A stretch of 63,473 nucleotides of DNA, filler included, from Pelomyxa schiedti (GCA_020536535.1; 13 parts of 13 records of this genome joined end to end with filler, not necessarily neighbours in it); one strand, 5' to 3'; shown: positions 48,901 to 62,098, counted from the first letter of the whole stretch. Notes: generated by a model not told the origin, from the letters alone. Made by a program: numbers and translations.

Positions 48901-49264
48901 ACCCTGGAGGACTCACAATGTGACTGTTGCAGTGAGCACTGTGGACGAGTCCCACCTCGCACTGACAGCATCAGACCATGGCACCACCACTGTGTATGAC
49001 CCACTTTCAACAACGAACCCCCTGGTTCCGTGCTATGTCCATCACCATCCCCCTGCTACAATGCGTGTTGCTGTTGGCTGTGGGCTTGTTGTTTCTGATT
49101 CTTCGGTTCACAGGACAACTGCAGCGGATGCTGTCAACAGGCACCAGACACAGCACTCGATCCATGATGCTGTGAGTGGTGTGAGGATACTCACCATGTG
49201 GCATGATGGTGTGGTGCCAATCTGCAATGTGAGGGCAGTTCCTTTCACCACAACGAATTTTTGA
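48901..49264 (+). CDS. 3' end of a beta-rich lineage-specific family protein
   Basis: VAVGCGLVV...SIHDAVSGVRILTM resembles the C-termini of 14571 (ITDAVTATRL) and 6535. Confidence 0.5.
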
Positions 49265-49312
49265 AAAGTAAACAATCCACGATCATTCTTCTGGTAACAG
49301 CAAAAAAATTCG

Positions 49313-52300
49313 ATGAAGCGCCGCAACAACACTCGGCGCGGCACCCACAACCAGGCAGCCCCGTCATTGTCAGTTGCTTCCACGTCATCCTCCTCCTCCT
49401 CCAAGCCGGCCCCCAGCTGTCGCCCACAGCCCACCGGTGGGTCTCGCCGCGTCACCACTGCCGTCAGCAGCAGCAACTGCGCCACCACCACCACGGCATC
49501 TTCGTCGTCGTCGGGATCTGCCGCTTCGGCCGACGACGAATCGGTGCGCGTGGCTAGGTGGTTCTCACGACTCAGTGCGCGGGATCGTGTCGACGCCCTG
49601 ACGACGGCAGACCCAATGGCCTGCCAGGCCGTCGTAAGGATGCGTGACATCGAGACCAAGGCTCTCCACCAGCCTCTCGTGCTCCCCCCGCCCTCGTCGC
49701 TCTTTGCTCCCCCTCCTAAACCCCCGTCGTCATCCAGTGCTTCTCCGAATGCAACTGCGGCGAGGGGCGCGGCGCCGGCTATTGCGTGTCTGTCGTTGGC
49801 TGAGTTCAGGCAGAATGTGCTACAGGGGAAGGTGGTGCCAGTGGAGAATTGTGGGAGGAGCGCTTTTCATAGCAGGTGTGTTGTGAGGCAGTGGTACAAC
49901 CCAGTTTTCTTTTTTGGAGTCACTTTCGATTCTAATGTATACCACTATCCCTTATGGATTGTATGCTATTTTAAGTTTTCTGTATATATGTATATACAAA
50001 CTCGGACTTATGTGTGAAATTGTCCGGTAGCACCCAACGAGATATTGAATCCCAGTCACTGACCTCACTCTCCCCTTTGAACCACTCACCAAAAGGGAGT
50101 AGATTTCTGTACTACTTTCTGTCCTTCTATGCGGAGCCACCCCTTGTCGTGGTCCTCTTCTGCAGTTGATGATGAGCAACTTTTATCTGGTGTTTGTCTG
50201 GGTAAACATGGCCCTATGGAAAACATTACCGTGAGACAATCGATAGTAGAAAGTCCAGAACACTTCATTACAATGATGGTACTGCCCCAGTTACGACTAT
50301 TCTTAACTCGAGCACAGAGACATATTTCTCGTGGTGGCTTCCTCTCCAATCCATGTCGGATGCAACTCAACTCTGATCGGCAATGGGTTTGCCAGGACCC
50401 TGGGTGGGTGAGTGGAAATTCAACACAATTATGACAATAAACGAGCTCCTTTAATTTGCAGTGGACTGCGGGACAGTATCACACATTGCCACAGTTCCTT
50501 GCTTTTTTACTTGAGAAGTCCCTGTGGAGTTACTACTGGTTTCATTCAGGGGAAGTACACATTGATTCAGCAGCAAAAAGGTTTCTTTCATCTTGGAGAA
50601 ATGTATGCTTAATGGCACAAGATCACCCATCCCAAATCCAACAGTCAATCCCCCTCTACCAAGCTCAGAAATTTACCAATTTTGGCAAAATATATCAGAT
50701 AGACAGAGGTATGGTCACAGACATAAAGTCAAAAAACTGGCAAACATTATGCTCAAGGTCATGCACTATCGCCAAAATCGCTCCGTTTTTGCAGCACTTG
50801 GTTGCTAGTGTTCCCCAAAAGTACTTGGAATACCATGGTGAGTGACTCTTTTTAGGTTTCCTGTAATTATTAAATAACCTGCATTTGTGCATGTGAAGAT
50901 CTGTTGGAACTCCTTCAAGATTTACCATCATTTTCTCATTTTCTCTTGCACAGTGACGAGAGAGTTTTCATTGACAACCTTTTTTTCTCCCCATTGTACA
51001 GGCAAGAACATTCCTAAACTTTTTCCTCCATTCTAAAGCAACTGCAGGGCCGGGTCACCCTCTGATAAGCTCATTCTGCAAATAGGAAATATAATTCAAC
51101 AAAGTAAGTGTGAACACAGAGGTGCTACAAAGAGCCTGCACCCTGCAGAAATGCAACAAGATGATGTCGTTGAGGCACTTAAACTACAAGTTCGATCTCT
51201 GGAGAAATCTGTGGCCGATTTGACATTCCAAAACAGAGAGGTCAGAAAAAAAAGCCTGCCAATGTGTACTCACAAATTTACATAATTGTTTTAGCTCCAG
51301 AACAGAACAGCACAACTTGAGAATCTATGCAATCAGTCTGTTGACAATCTGAACAAATCTCTGAAGGAGGAAGTTGACAGGTCCACATCATTTCAGGTTT
51401 TTTCTTTCCCTACGACCTGGTTGGTGACTCCCATAACTGACAAACACCCACCCACCACAGAACACAATCAACACCATGGTATCACTGATTTCAGCAACTG
51501 CATCACACTTCAGGGTTGAGAAACTCCTTGGAACTGGATCAAATGGAGCTGCATTCCACGTTAAATACTTCACTGCATTTGACAACAACAGCAGTTCAGA
51601 GGCCATGTCAGGTGCTCTTGCAACCTCATCAAAAACAGCCAAAGAAACAACGGCAACAACGAAGAGGGGGAGAGACTTGGTGATGAAGGTTCTTTTCAAC
51701 TTCGAAAACATTTCACAGCAGACCATGTTGAGGCAGAAATACATGGCTGAGTGCGCCACACTTGCGTTGGTACCAAGTCATCCAAATGTGATCCACCCTC
51801 TTGGTGCAATCGTCACTCCTTGGTATTTTTATTCTCAGTATATCTGAGACTCATGTGCCATCCAATACAGCCTCCCAGATGAGTTTGTTGAAAAAATACC
51901 ACCAAGTCAACTGTACTTCAGGGAGATGTGCAGACTCAAATCACTTGCCATTCTCATGCCACATGCTGGAATCACTTTGTCAGTGTTCCTCTCTTCCTTG
52001 TTGCAACCAACATACCCCTCCAAAACCAATGAGAAGATGGTCAAAGCTGTGCACAGCCTGTTTGTTCAAGGCTGCAAAGCAATCCAGCACATTGAATCAC
52101 ATTCCATTGCTCACAGGTACTGCATCCCTACTCCCATTGGCATCATACTTATGATGAATAATAACAACAACACATAGGGACATCAAACAGGACAACATTC
52201 TTGTTGACCCAGAGAGTGGTAAACTGACACTGATTGACTTTGGTGAGGCACAACAGTGCTGCCCACCAAACATGGAGATGACGATCACTGCAACAACACA

Positions 52301-52685
52301 GCCGTGGGGCAACACAGGCACAATGCCTCCTGAGCTCAGCATGTTCCTGAAGAGGATGAGGATGACAGGGGCCACAAGGGGATCGTTCTCATTCTCAAAG
52401 TGTGACTCGTTTGCACTGGCCCTCACTTTCTGGGATGCTCTTCTGCCACAGTCCCACAGGTTCTTTGGTAGCCAAATGAACCAGGACATGAGTACATTCC
52501 TCACCCAGTCACTCCTCAGTCACTTCCCTGTCCCATTATTTTCTTTTGTTGCACAACCACTGCCCTCAGTTGATGGAACATCCCAGAACCCACATGTGCT
52601 TGAGTCAGTGATGATTGATATGATGATCACTGACAAAGAAGCTAGGCTCTGTGCTGCTGATGCCATCCACAGACTCACGTCTTGA
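49313..52685 (+). CDS. Multi-exon protein kinase (kinase domain about 51476-52685); whether upstream exons join it is uncertain
   Basis: LGTGSNGAAF, LVMKVLFN, SHPNVI, AHR-intron-DIKQDNIL, LIDFGEA, GNTGTMPPE, KCDSFAL. Confidence 0.75.
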
Positions 52686-52762
52686 GGCTTCACCACTACC
52701 TTACAAAAATTCAACAGTGAAGCTTTCGGGGAAGTCATCACTTTCACCAATTGCGACCATCG

Positions 52763-54240
52763 ATGGATGAGAAGGACATACAGCAAACGCGGCAACGCCC
52801 AGGAGATTATGGGCGTGGTGCTGTGCTGACGGCGGTAGAAACAACAACAACGACAACGAGGGCTTCCTCCAGTTGTCCAGAAGCAGCGTCGTCGAGTGTT
52901 GCGGAGGCGGCGTCGGCGGCGAACTCCAACGACCGCGACGTGGCGTTAACTGGAATGGTGAAGGCTGCTGTGCTCAGAGAGTAAGTACGCCTTTTATATG
53001 TTATAACAATATATGCTGTTGACTTGTTGTAGAACCACCCATTGAAGAAGTCATTGCCGCTGGTTTGTTGCCGCGTCTTGGTCAGTTTTTATCTCTGGTG
53101 TGTTTGCATTTTTTTAACTTTTTGGGCATTAATTTTTCTTGTCTGACAGTCAGATAACCCAAATTTTCAAGTTGAAGCGCTTTGGGCATTGACAAACAGT
53201 TTGAACTTTTAACCCTATTTAACCTATGGTGTGTTACATTGTGTCAAGTTTGCAGTGGCAGCTCAAAACAAACAGAGGAAGTGCTCAAATGTGGAATTGT
53301 ACCACAGTTTATTGCCCTGATCTCCTCAAGTCCAGATGTGGATGTCTGTCAACAGGTACCTTCCCTCAGACTAACTCGACAGCGCACTCACACACTCACA
53401 GGCAACATGGGCACTGAGCAATATCCTTGGGGATTGTGCTGCACACAGGGATTATGTGCTCAAACTGGGTTTTTTCCCAGTATTGCTCAAGGCAATGGTC
53501 AGATTCCCAAATAAAGTGTTATTCCTGAGGAACGCAGTATGGAACCACACCCCCATCCAGCTTGCTTCTTTTGACTTCCTCCCTTCATTCCAGACTGAGG
53601 CTATTTCAAATGGTTGCCAAGGAGTGCCACCACCAGATATTTCATATTTCCAGCCATCAAGTGCGCTCTCTTTCCATCAATTGATAGATAATTTCTTGAA
53701 ATTGTTTCACAGATGATGCCAGGGAATCAGTTTCTCCTCTGCCTGCGCTCCAATGTACTGATGCAGATGTTTTAACTCACACTTGCTGGTACAAAAAAAA
53801 AAACATACATCTATGGAAACTTTAACCATCACAAATACCACATTTTCGTGCACCAACTTCTGCCAGGGCCTTATCTTATATGGCTGCATCTCCACCCTGT
53901 ATCAAACTGCTCATATCCACTGGCACAATTATTCCTTCACTAACCCGGCTTCTTTCAGTAACCATCAATTGATCACTTTCTAAGCTCATACACGTTCACA
54001 ACCAGGTAAGTGATACCAACATCCAAGTTCCAGCTCTGAGAGCATTGGGCACTGTGGCAAATGGAAGGTTTACACTTTCCTTTCAATTCACACTCATGAT
54101 AAATGAGTCCAACGTTACACTCCACCCAGTACTGAAGAAGCTCAGGTAAATACAAGGTAAACAAAACAGACTTGTATTTAACTACTACATACTCACAGAG
54201 CCTGATTGATGTTGGTATTTTTCAGGCTGTGATGCCATTG
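52763..54240 (+). CDS. Importin-alpha-like ARM-repeat protein, partial or degenerate
   Basis: Spliced translation PPIEEVIAAGLLPRL, FQVEALWALTN, SGSSKQTEEV, ATWALSNILGDCAAHRDYVL, PPPD. Confidence 0.8.
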
Positions 54241-54285
54241 TATGTGTGATGAACATTCCATCCAATCATGTGCATTATTTTGTCT

Positions 54286-54500
54286 TCACATGCCACACAT
54301 TAGCTGCTTCAACCCAGTAAGTGTTGCCAGAAGGTGCTTTGGGTGGTGGGTATCATCACAATAAACAAGGATTAGCCATGGCAAATTCTTCAGATCAAAA
54401 ATGAACAAAGGGGGTAAATGGCCTCCTGCAGCATAAATTGTCATTACACAGGTGATATGCCTGTCAATAGGGGCTGCTGACACAAGAGGTCAATGATCAC
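54286..54500 (-). mobile_element. pogo/Tigger-type (DDE_1) transposase fragment
   Basis: HITCVMTIYAAGGHLPPLFIF. Confidence 0.6.
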
Positions 54501-54921
54501 CATAGGAAATTTACTTGGGCTTTGCTAACACCAGCAGAGACAAATGTCTCATCCACAGTGAAAGTCATTTCAGGGAGAAAATGGTGTTTATTGTACAAAA
54601 TCTCCCAGTTTTCAATACAACCTCTCAAAAAACCACCTTTAGTTTTCCAAAAAAGGTGGCACGAATACACCCTAACTCCAAAAATTACCCAATTTAAGCT
54701 TCAAATCGGAACCAAAGTGAGCCTCCAAATTGCTTAACTAGTGCACACTTTGGACAAAGTGGAGGGATTTCAAAGTGGCACCGCTTTGAGCATTCTCAAA
54801 TCGGGCACAAATTGGGGATTTNNNNNNNNNNNNNNNNNNNNNNNNNNNNNNNNNNNNNNNNNNNNTTAATTAATTAANNNNNNNNNNNNNNNNNNNNNNN
54901 NNNNNNNNNNNNNNNNNNNNN

Positions 54922-55320
54922 ATGCAATAAAGCTTCCAGCTGCCGATATTGCAGAAGCAATCTCTGGTGTTTGTTGTCTGTGCTGGGGCATATTATCTAA
55001 TACCACAACACTGTTAGCGCCTAAGGAAAAGTGAGTAGACATCATGGAGGATGTTGAAGTTACCAGGATGTGGGGACAGATGACACGGTAACACATGGGT
55101 ATAAAACTGGACTTTCTCTTCCTTGTCCAGCCGGCTTTTTGAAAGAAAAAAGCTATGGCTCCAATATCTCCCACGCTTCCGTCTAGCATAGGCCCAGGCT
55201 GCACAACTCCTATGGCTGCAATGACTTCGATCTAAATCGGTATGAATACAAGAAGATAATTGGCAGTACCTGGCCAACAGGGAGGTGCACAAGCTGGGCT
55301 GTTGTGGGAAGTCACTCATT
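54922..55320 (-). mobile_element. Tc1/IS630-like (DDE_3) transposase fragment
   Basis: NSVVVLDNMPQH...AISAAG. Confidence 0.55.
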
Positions 55321-55695
55321 TATTGGAGAGTAGCAGAGTGAAAAAAATGGCAGTTAGAGTTACTTACTTGGGTTTAAAGTGCTGTGAGAAGGACCTGTGT
55401 AATTTTTCGGCAGCAAAACCCTTTCTACTCTTCCTTGTCTGAAGTGTTTTGTTTTTTGAGCCTTTAATGCTGCGAAAATGCTGATGGCTGTCAAAATCAA
55501 GTCCACATGTGGTGATCGTCACAGCCAGCAGGCAATTCCGGTTTGATCCTTTGAACTTGTTGCAAGAAGGTGCTGGCCACAAAGAGCGGGAGGAGCGGTG
55601 TGATTTGTCCCACAGTTATGCATGCCCTTTCTCTGTGGAAGTTATACCACAACGAAGGAAAAGACGCTGCTGCCGGAAAAAAGTTGAGTGGGGAG

Positions 55696-55702
55696 AAAAA
55701 AA
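55696..55702 (-). terminator. Pol III oligo(T) terminator of tRNA-Ser
   Basis: T7 run beginning just after the tRNA 3' end. Confidence 0.75.
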
Positions 55703-55703
55703 T

Positions 55704-55786
55704 CGACACCAGCAGGGTTTGAACCTGCGCCTCCAAAGGAGAGTAGATTTCAAGTCTACCGCGTTAGACCACTCCGCCATGGTGAG
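55704..55786 (-). tRNA. tRNA-Ser (anticodon TGA); first two 5' bases do not pair
   Basis: Cloverleaf: D arm GCG-GAGTGGTCTAA-CGC, anticodon arm GTAGA-CTTGAAA-TCTAC, long variable arm, T arm GCAGG-TTCAAAC-CCTGC, discriminator G. Confidence 0.93.
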
Positions 55787-56637
55787 GGGTTAAGCCCACA
55801 CGTCGGGGCATTTATTACGAACTTTTTATACTGGGAACGACAGAGGGGGTTGAGGGGGATTGGTGGTGTTGGTGTCTGCTACGGTGTTGCGTTGGGTTAT
55901 TTTTGGTTTGCGCGATGCTTTGTTTGTTTTGTTGTTGTGTGTTTGGTTTGACGGAGGTTTGACGGCTACTGGTTATACTGGTTTAAATTGAAGGTGGGTC
56001 TGCGGTTATACTTTTGTTCAAGGTGGGTCATATTGCTGGTATCTCGGGTGGACGATGGCTGCTTTTTGGATAACGGCCTGGGTTGACAACCCCAGAGCCG
56101 AGCGGACCTCCACTCGCGCAAGCTCTTGCGGGAGTGTCGAGGTGTGGAAATTGTAGAGTCCGACGAGGGTTTTTGCTGCTGTCTTAGCAGAGTCCGGCGA
56201 GTTGGGGATTACGTTCAGGATCTTGTGAGGGTTCGCGTTTAGCTCGCGCCGGAGGTCGGAGTTATGTCCGCATCTGTTTAGGATGTGCTTCATCGTTTCC
56301 GGAGAGTCACATCCATAGCGGCAAGTTGGGGCCACATCGCAGAGATGGGCCATGCGGTTGTTGAGTGGTTTCATATTGGTGGCTACTTGGACGGCTTGAT
56401 TGCGGATCGATGGTGGGATCCCGGGGGTGTTGAAAAAGGAACCTCCTTTTAACGGGAGGGTATTCACTCTGGGTCCTTATTTCGCCACCTATCCCAGCTT
56501 TAGGCCCCTGGCCAAAACCCCCAGGGAGGGAATGGAATGACGACATTTGTAGATAAGATAGAGTAGAGGGTTGAGGATAGAATAGAATTGTTGTTTGTCA
56601 AGTTTTTAATGCTTGGTAAACTGGTTGTTGGTTTGTC
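55787..56637 (-). mobile_element. 3' end of a non-LTR retrotransposon (RT C-terminal CCHC zinc finger and 3' UTR)
   Basis: CRYGCDSPETMKHILNRC in ORF 56018-56467; A/C-rich UTR with AATAAA. Confidence 0.65.
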
Positions 56638-57934
56638 NNNNNNNNNNNNNNNNNNNNNNNNNNNNNNNNNNNNNNNNNNNNTTAATTAATTAANNNNNNN
56701 NNNNNNNNNNNNNNNNNNNNNNNNNNNNNNNNNNNNNACATAATAAAGTACCACTCCCACCAAGTAACAGCGGGATGTGCTTTGCTTGATTTTGCCTTTT
56801 CAAAAACTTCTGGTGCTTGGTTCATTGTCCTGAAGAAGGTGGTAAGGTAAATGTTGGTGTCTGAGTATTACTGTTGTAGTTGTATTAATTCACACTTGGG
56901 TTACAGTCCCAGGACTTTTTACTACATGAAGAGTGAAGGCTATTTTCCAAGAAAATAGAACATTCTCAAAGGAAGAATACCTTGCAGTCTCAAACTTAGA
57001 TAGTGTGCATAAAGCACTGACCAGAGATTTCAGAGAGTATCAGAAAGCTCTGGTTTCTTATCCTTGCTCCCCTCTTGTTATACCAGATGTTTCCTCACTG
57101 GTTTTCTTCCAATGTTAAGCACCTCTCTTTTTCTGATATTCCAGGTTTTTGACCACATTTTGAAACTCACTGCTTATGTGGATACTGTTGCAGGATTCAG
57201 AAGAAAGGGTTGGCATTGGAAGAAACCCAGTGATCAAAAGAGAAAACAAATGGTAAAACAAAAGGAGCAAAGAAGAATGGTTGAGTTTGTTATATCCCTC
57301 AAGAGCTGAGAGGGATCCTGGGGAGGATATCTACCAAGCCACAGTAGATGTTACATCACCATCACACAAGCTCAGGAACCAAGGAATAAAGTAAAGTTTG
57401 GAGAATAACAAAACCCCTTAAGTCCACTATCATACATTCTTTAACAAGTTCACACATGGTGGAGGTAAGTGCTCAGTCCCAAACCTTTTTCTAGAAATGG
57501 TCCATTGGGTGGAAGAACAAGGTTGACTTGCACAAAGTGAAAAAGGGAAAAAAACAAGCAGTTGGATGAGACTGTGAAGAACTCCATTGGAGAATACTGC
57601 TGCATCAAGAGTCAACCTGAGTTTCTGAGTGGAACTCGGTCGTGGTCTGCCGCGATCGTTCTATAGTTCAACTTGCCTGGACAACAACTAAGGATCTTTT
57701 GGATTCGATCGAAGGTCTTGGCCCCATCTGATCAGTGTTCGCTGAATCCGAAACACTTTTTCGGTTTCGTTTTCAGCGCTAGGGGAGACAGCAACGTTCT
57801 GGCGCTGTTGCAGAAGTACGCGTTGAATGAGCCGNNNNNNNNNNNNNNNNNNNNNNNNNNNNNNNNNNNNNNNNNNNNTTAATTAATTAANNNNNNNNNN
57901 NNNNNNNNNNNNNNNNNNNNNNNNNNNNNNNNNN

Positions 57935-59036
57935 TTTTCGCGTGCGGTGGTGCTGTGTTTCGCGGTGAACGACGTTCGGTGATGCCGTGGTGGATTTCGC
58001 CGCGTTCTCGGCCGATCCTTGATGTCGGTGTTGAGGTGGTCAACTTGTGGATTCCACAAGTTCCGGCGCATTAGCTCGCGGCCATCATGTTGATCATCTA
58101 AAGTTCTATTTCTATCCGTACCGCTAACATCCCCCCCTCTTGTCGTGCGACTATCCTCACGTCGCACTCCTTTTCCTCTTTAGGTGCCAAATAATACTTG
58201 GCCCAATAGGAGTGGATCTCATCTTGTCCATGTCGTGAGGAATATAGTGCGTTGCTGTGTATCCAGTCTCCCTCGTTGGTATATCCTTTCCACTTCACAA
58301 GGTATAACATCCCTCCAGGTACTTCCTTGTGCTCGAGTATCTCTTCAATAACCTTGCCATGGATTACTGCTTCAGGTCCAATGGCCTTTGGTATCAGTGG
58401 AGCCTTGTCTGAATCATGCCATGCTCCCAGACTGTCTTCATGTTCAACTCGTGGCTCTCTGGAGTCTCTGTCTTCTGCAGTGGTAAGCCATGTGTGCTCT
58501 CCTATCTTCTTCTGTCCCCTTCATGAAACATGTAGGGCTTCTGGTTTCGTTTCTCATGCTTCACTCGACTCTACTGATTGTCTGTGGGTGATATGGCGCT
58601 GACACATTGTGCACTGTATTCATTATCTTGTGCAGTCTATCAAGGAGTTCGCTGGTGTTCTGTTGATTGTGCCATCAGTTATTACGACTTGAGGAATGCC
58701 ATATCTGGTGTACACTTCACTCCATAGGGTTTCCGCTGTTGTTGCACTTGAATCATCTCCCACTGGGATGCAGAGCCAATAGTTTGTATGTATGTCGACA
58801 ATATTCAGTACTAACTTATTTCCACTAGCTGTTGCTTTCTTTCCAAACGGACCGGCATGATCCCACTGCACTGTATGGAATGGGTATGGCGCGTAAATGT
58901 GGCCAGATGCAGTGCGGAGCTTGGGCTGGTTCAATGGGTTCATAACCTGACAGTATGGGCAACATCGGATCTGCTTGTGGATATCTCCTACGATTCCGTC
59001 CCACCAGAAGGTTTGTAGTATTCTAGCTAGAGTCCT
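57935..59036 (-). mobile_element. Chromovirus-type Ty3/Gypsy 3' part: integrase, chromodomain, PPT and start of the 3' LTR
   Basis: PFHTVQWDHAGPF; EEILEHK...YLVKWKGY...DW; PPT AAGAGGGGGGGA (58141-58130) directly followed by TG (58129). Confidence 0.85.
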
Positions 59037-59188
59037 NNNNNNNNNNNNNNNNNNNNNNNNNNNNNNNNNNNNNNNNNNNNTTAATTAATTAANNNNNNNN
59101 NNNNNNNNNNNNNNNNNNNNNNNNNNNNNNNNNNNNGAGCCACCCTGATTTGTAACCTGCTCATTATGAGGGCAATACAGGAAACTGT

Positions 59189-60208
59189 TTACTCTTGAGA
59201 AACATCATCTGCCCGCATCACGCAACTACGACACCGTCCTTCACCCACAGTGAGGAGGAGATTCTTCTGGTGATAAGCGTTCTCTTCTGGAAATGGTCCC
59301 CACAAGTCAATAATAGCTACATACTCATTTGGTTCAGTAGCTAATAATATACTTTTTGGTTGATAGCTTGGCATGTGTTTTCGAAATTTCTGACATTCAG
59401 TACAGGTTTTGACCCATTCTTTGAGGTCTTGAAACACATAGTTGGCCACCAATATTTTTCGGACAGAACAATGTATACATCTTGGCACCACTTCAATGAC
59501 CACCACCTTTTAAGTCATCATGGTGATTTTTACATCAATCGGAGCTTGATGTTTCCTCTAGGTATGCATAATCGCCATCTTGGAGTTCGTTTTTACTAAC
59601 TTTAGCTGGTTTAGGTACTTTCCAAAGAGTATCGTGTTCAAGGACAAAAAGATCTCTTTCTGAACCATGTATTTGGAAGCGTTCATCTTCAGGCATGTCT
59701 TTCAACACAGAATAATTACCTTTCTTTGACTACATCAGAAAGTATCTTCAGTTCTGGATCCTTCTTTTGCTCAGCAGCAATTTCTTGATTTGATATTTCC
59801 ACTACGCAGACTTGTTCTTGCAATTTCTCTTGGTTCTTTGGTTTCAGCTCTCGTAAATCTGAAGTATTAAGATGTCCAGGTCTATGTATCACTTCGTGGT
59901 CATATTCTTGAAGTAACAATGACCATCTAGCCAATCGTGAATTTCCTTGTACTTGATTCAGCTTAGCCAGAGATTTGGCATCTGTTATGACTGTAAAATG
60001 TTTCCCCCCCAAATATATGGCTGAAAATGTTGCACAGCATATACAAAACAGCTAATGCTTCTTCTAACTGTGTAATATGATATCTGACCTTTTGCTCTGC
60101 TTCTTCCCAATGCCATTCACTATATCCTTTTTTCTTTAATTCTTCCAATGGACTAGCTATTTTGGCAAAGCCTTTGATGAATCGTTGGTAATATCCTACA
60201 ATTCCTAA
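59189..60208 (-). mobile_element. Ty3/Gypsy pol fragment (RNase H and integrase), decayed
   Basis: FTVITDAKSL...RLARWSLLLQEYDHEVIHRPG; VKTCTECQK; IDLWGPFP. Confidence 0.85.
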
Positions 60209-60309
60209 NNNNNNNNNNNNNNNNNNNNNNNNNNNNNNNNNNNNNNNNNNNNTTAATTAATTAANNNNNNNNNNNNNNNNNNNNNNNNNNNNNNNNNNNN
60301 NNNNNNNNA

Positions 60310-61679
60310 TTGTGGATGTGGAAGGTGTTGTCACAAGAGAACACGCCGCGGTGCTGCATGAAGCTGTTTCACGCAGTGGGAGTATCAAGGCTATGGAGTG
60401 GTTCATTGACAGGTTCCATCCAAATGATGTGAAAATCCCCTCTATGGTGCACGAATTCCTTCGCAGCAAAATATCAGCTGAGGAGAAAATTGAGGGGTGC
60501 AAGTGGCTTTCTCAAAAGTTTCCCTTCCTGGAGTGGAAGTTCGGCGTTTATGACGGAATCACACTCACATGGTTGATGCAACATGGCTTATCAAAGCCAT
60601 CACAGCATTCGCTGCTCAGTGCCTATTATTATATATGTGATGTCAATCTTGTGAAGTGGATATTGGATGAGTTTCACATCCCAGTACCAGGCTGGGAGCT
60701 CTTTTTTACTGTGTTTGGGAACTGGGAAGACAGTGTTGCTGTTGCGAAGTTAATGGTGCAAAGGGCCACAAAACTCCCACCAAAGGTTATTACTACGTCA
60801 ATTGAGAATGCACTATCCGTTGGAAACACCGCGGTTGCTGGCTGGCTGGAACAAACATTCCACATCATAGAAGGAACGCCTAAAGATAAGCTTGCTGTAG
60901 CATTAACTCAAGCATCCAGAAAATCCTTCCAGTGGCTCCTTCAGCATATCCAAACTGAGTCACTTGAGGAAGAGGTTAATTTGGCCCTGGAATCCCATAC
61001 TCTTCCCAATGAGGTTGATTGCACACTGAACCTGCTTCAGTCATTTCCGCTTACACGCCAGAGAGATGCAACAGAAACTAGGTGGAATAAATTTCTCCAC
61101 GCTCTGGCACTGGCAGACCTCCCTTCGGCACAACGCATTTGCTCACTTGCAGAGTTCACGCAGTCTGATGTGGTGCGATGCTTTGCACCAGATGTTCAGG
61201 TGCAGTCAAGCAAGGTGATAAAGTGGTTGATTGAGAAGTACAACCTTACAGCAGACCACATCAAGGGAAACAACATTGCGGTGTTGTGCCGGCTCCTTAG
61301 TCTCTCCAAGACAGGTTGTGCTGAGTGGCTGATAAAGAAATTCCACATCACGTGGGATGAGGTAAGTTCTTTTAACTGCAGTCAACAACCTAACCAAAAA
61401 AAAAAAAAGGTGGCAACTGTATATTGGGACCCACGGTTTATCAAGCTATCAACCTGGAGGATGCTGATGAGGATTTTTCCTGAGCTCACAACTGACTACA
61501 TCAGGGAACACTACATGTCAGCGTTTACAGCCACACCACTTAACATTAGCTACGCCATTCAAGTTCTGGGAATCACTGAGGCTGAGATTGTGGACTACTG
61601 CCGTCGGCGAAAAGCAGAAAGAGGTTGGCTTCTAGAGGGAACAGAATTATGGCTTGGCGCCCACAATCTACATCTCTGA
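60310..61679 (+). CDS. 3' part of an ankyrin-like repeat protein (same family as 16345 and 41237)
   Basis: VQSSKVIKWLIEKYNL, GCAEWLIKKFHIT, TWRMLMRIFPELT; probable in-frame intron near 61362-61409. Confidence 0.8.
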
Positions 61680-62098
61680 GGTCTGTGCGTCTCGTTGTGC
61701 ATCTTTTCTTTCAAAGAAAATACCATGAATGATGAAACGAACAACGGTGAAAACGGCGTTGTCGAGCTAGAACCCATAATTACGACTCCCGACAACAGGC
61801 ACCATCACCGTCACCACCGCAAGGCCAAAGATGCTGATGCTGATGCCGATGCCGTAGACGACGATCAGGACGATATCGGAGCGGTCGCTCCCATAAGTAA
61901 CGCCTGCGCGATGGCTATAGCAACAACAGACGGCGACAAAGACAAGGCTGACGAGGACGCCGCCGATGACGAGGGCGGGGACGAGGAAGGGACCAAAANN
62001 NNNNNNNNNNNNNNNNNNNNNNNNNNNNNNNNNNNNNNNNNNTTAATTAATTAANNNNNNNNNNNNNNNNNNNNNNNNNNNNNNNNNNNNNNNNNNNN

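Noticed and set aside
56738-57834. Short ORFs with possible introns (similarly 11514-12180 and 32800-34057)
   Set aside because: No recognisable motif; cannot support a call
12329-62098. Recurring TTAATTAATTAA flanked by N runs (12373, 20134, 31623, 34102, 47363, 48845, 54866, 56682, 57879, 59081, 60253, 62043)
   Set aside because: Artificial all-frame-stop contig linker; adjacency across these gaps is not proven
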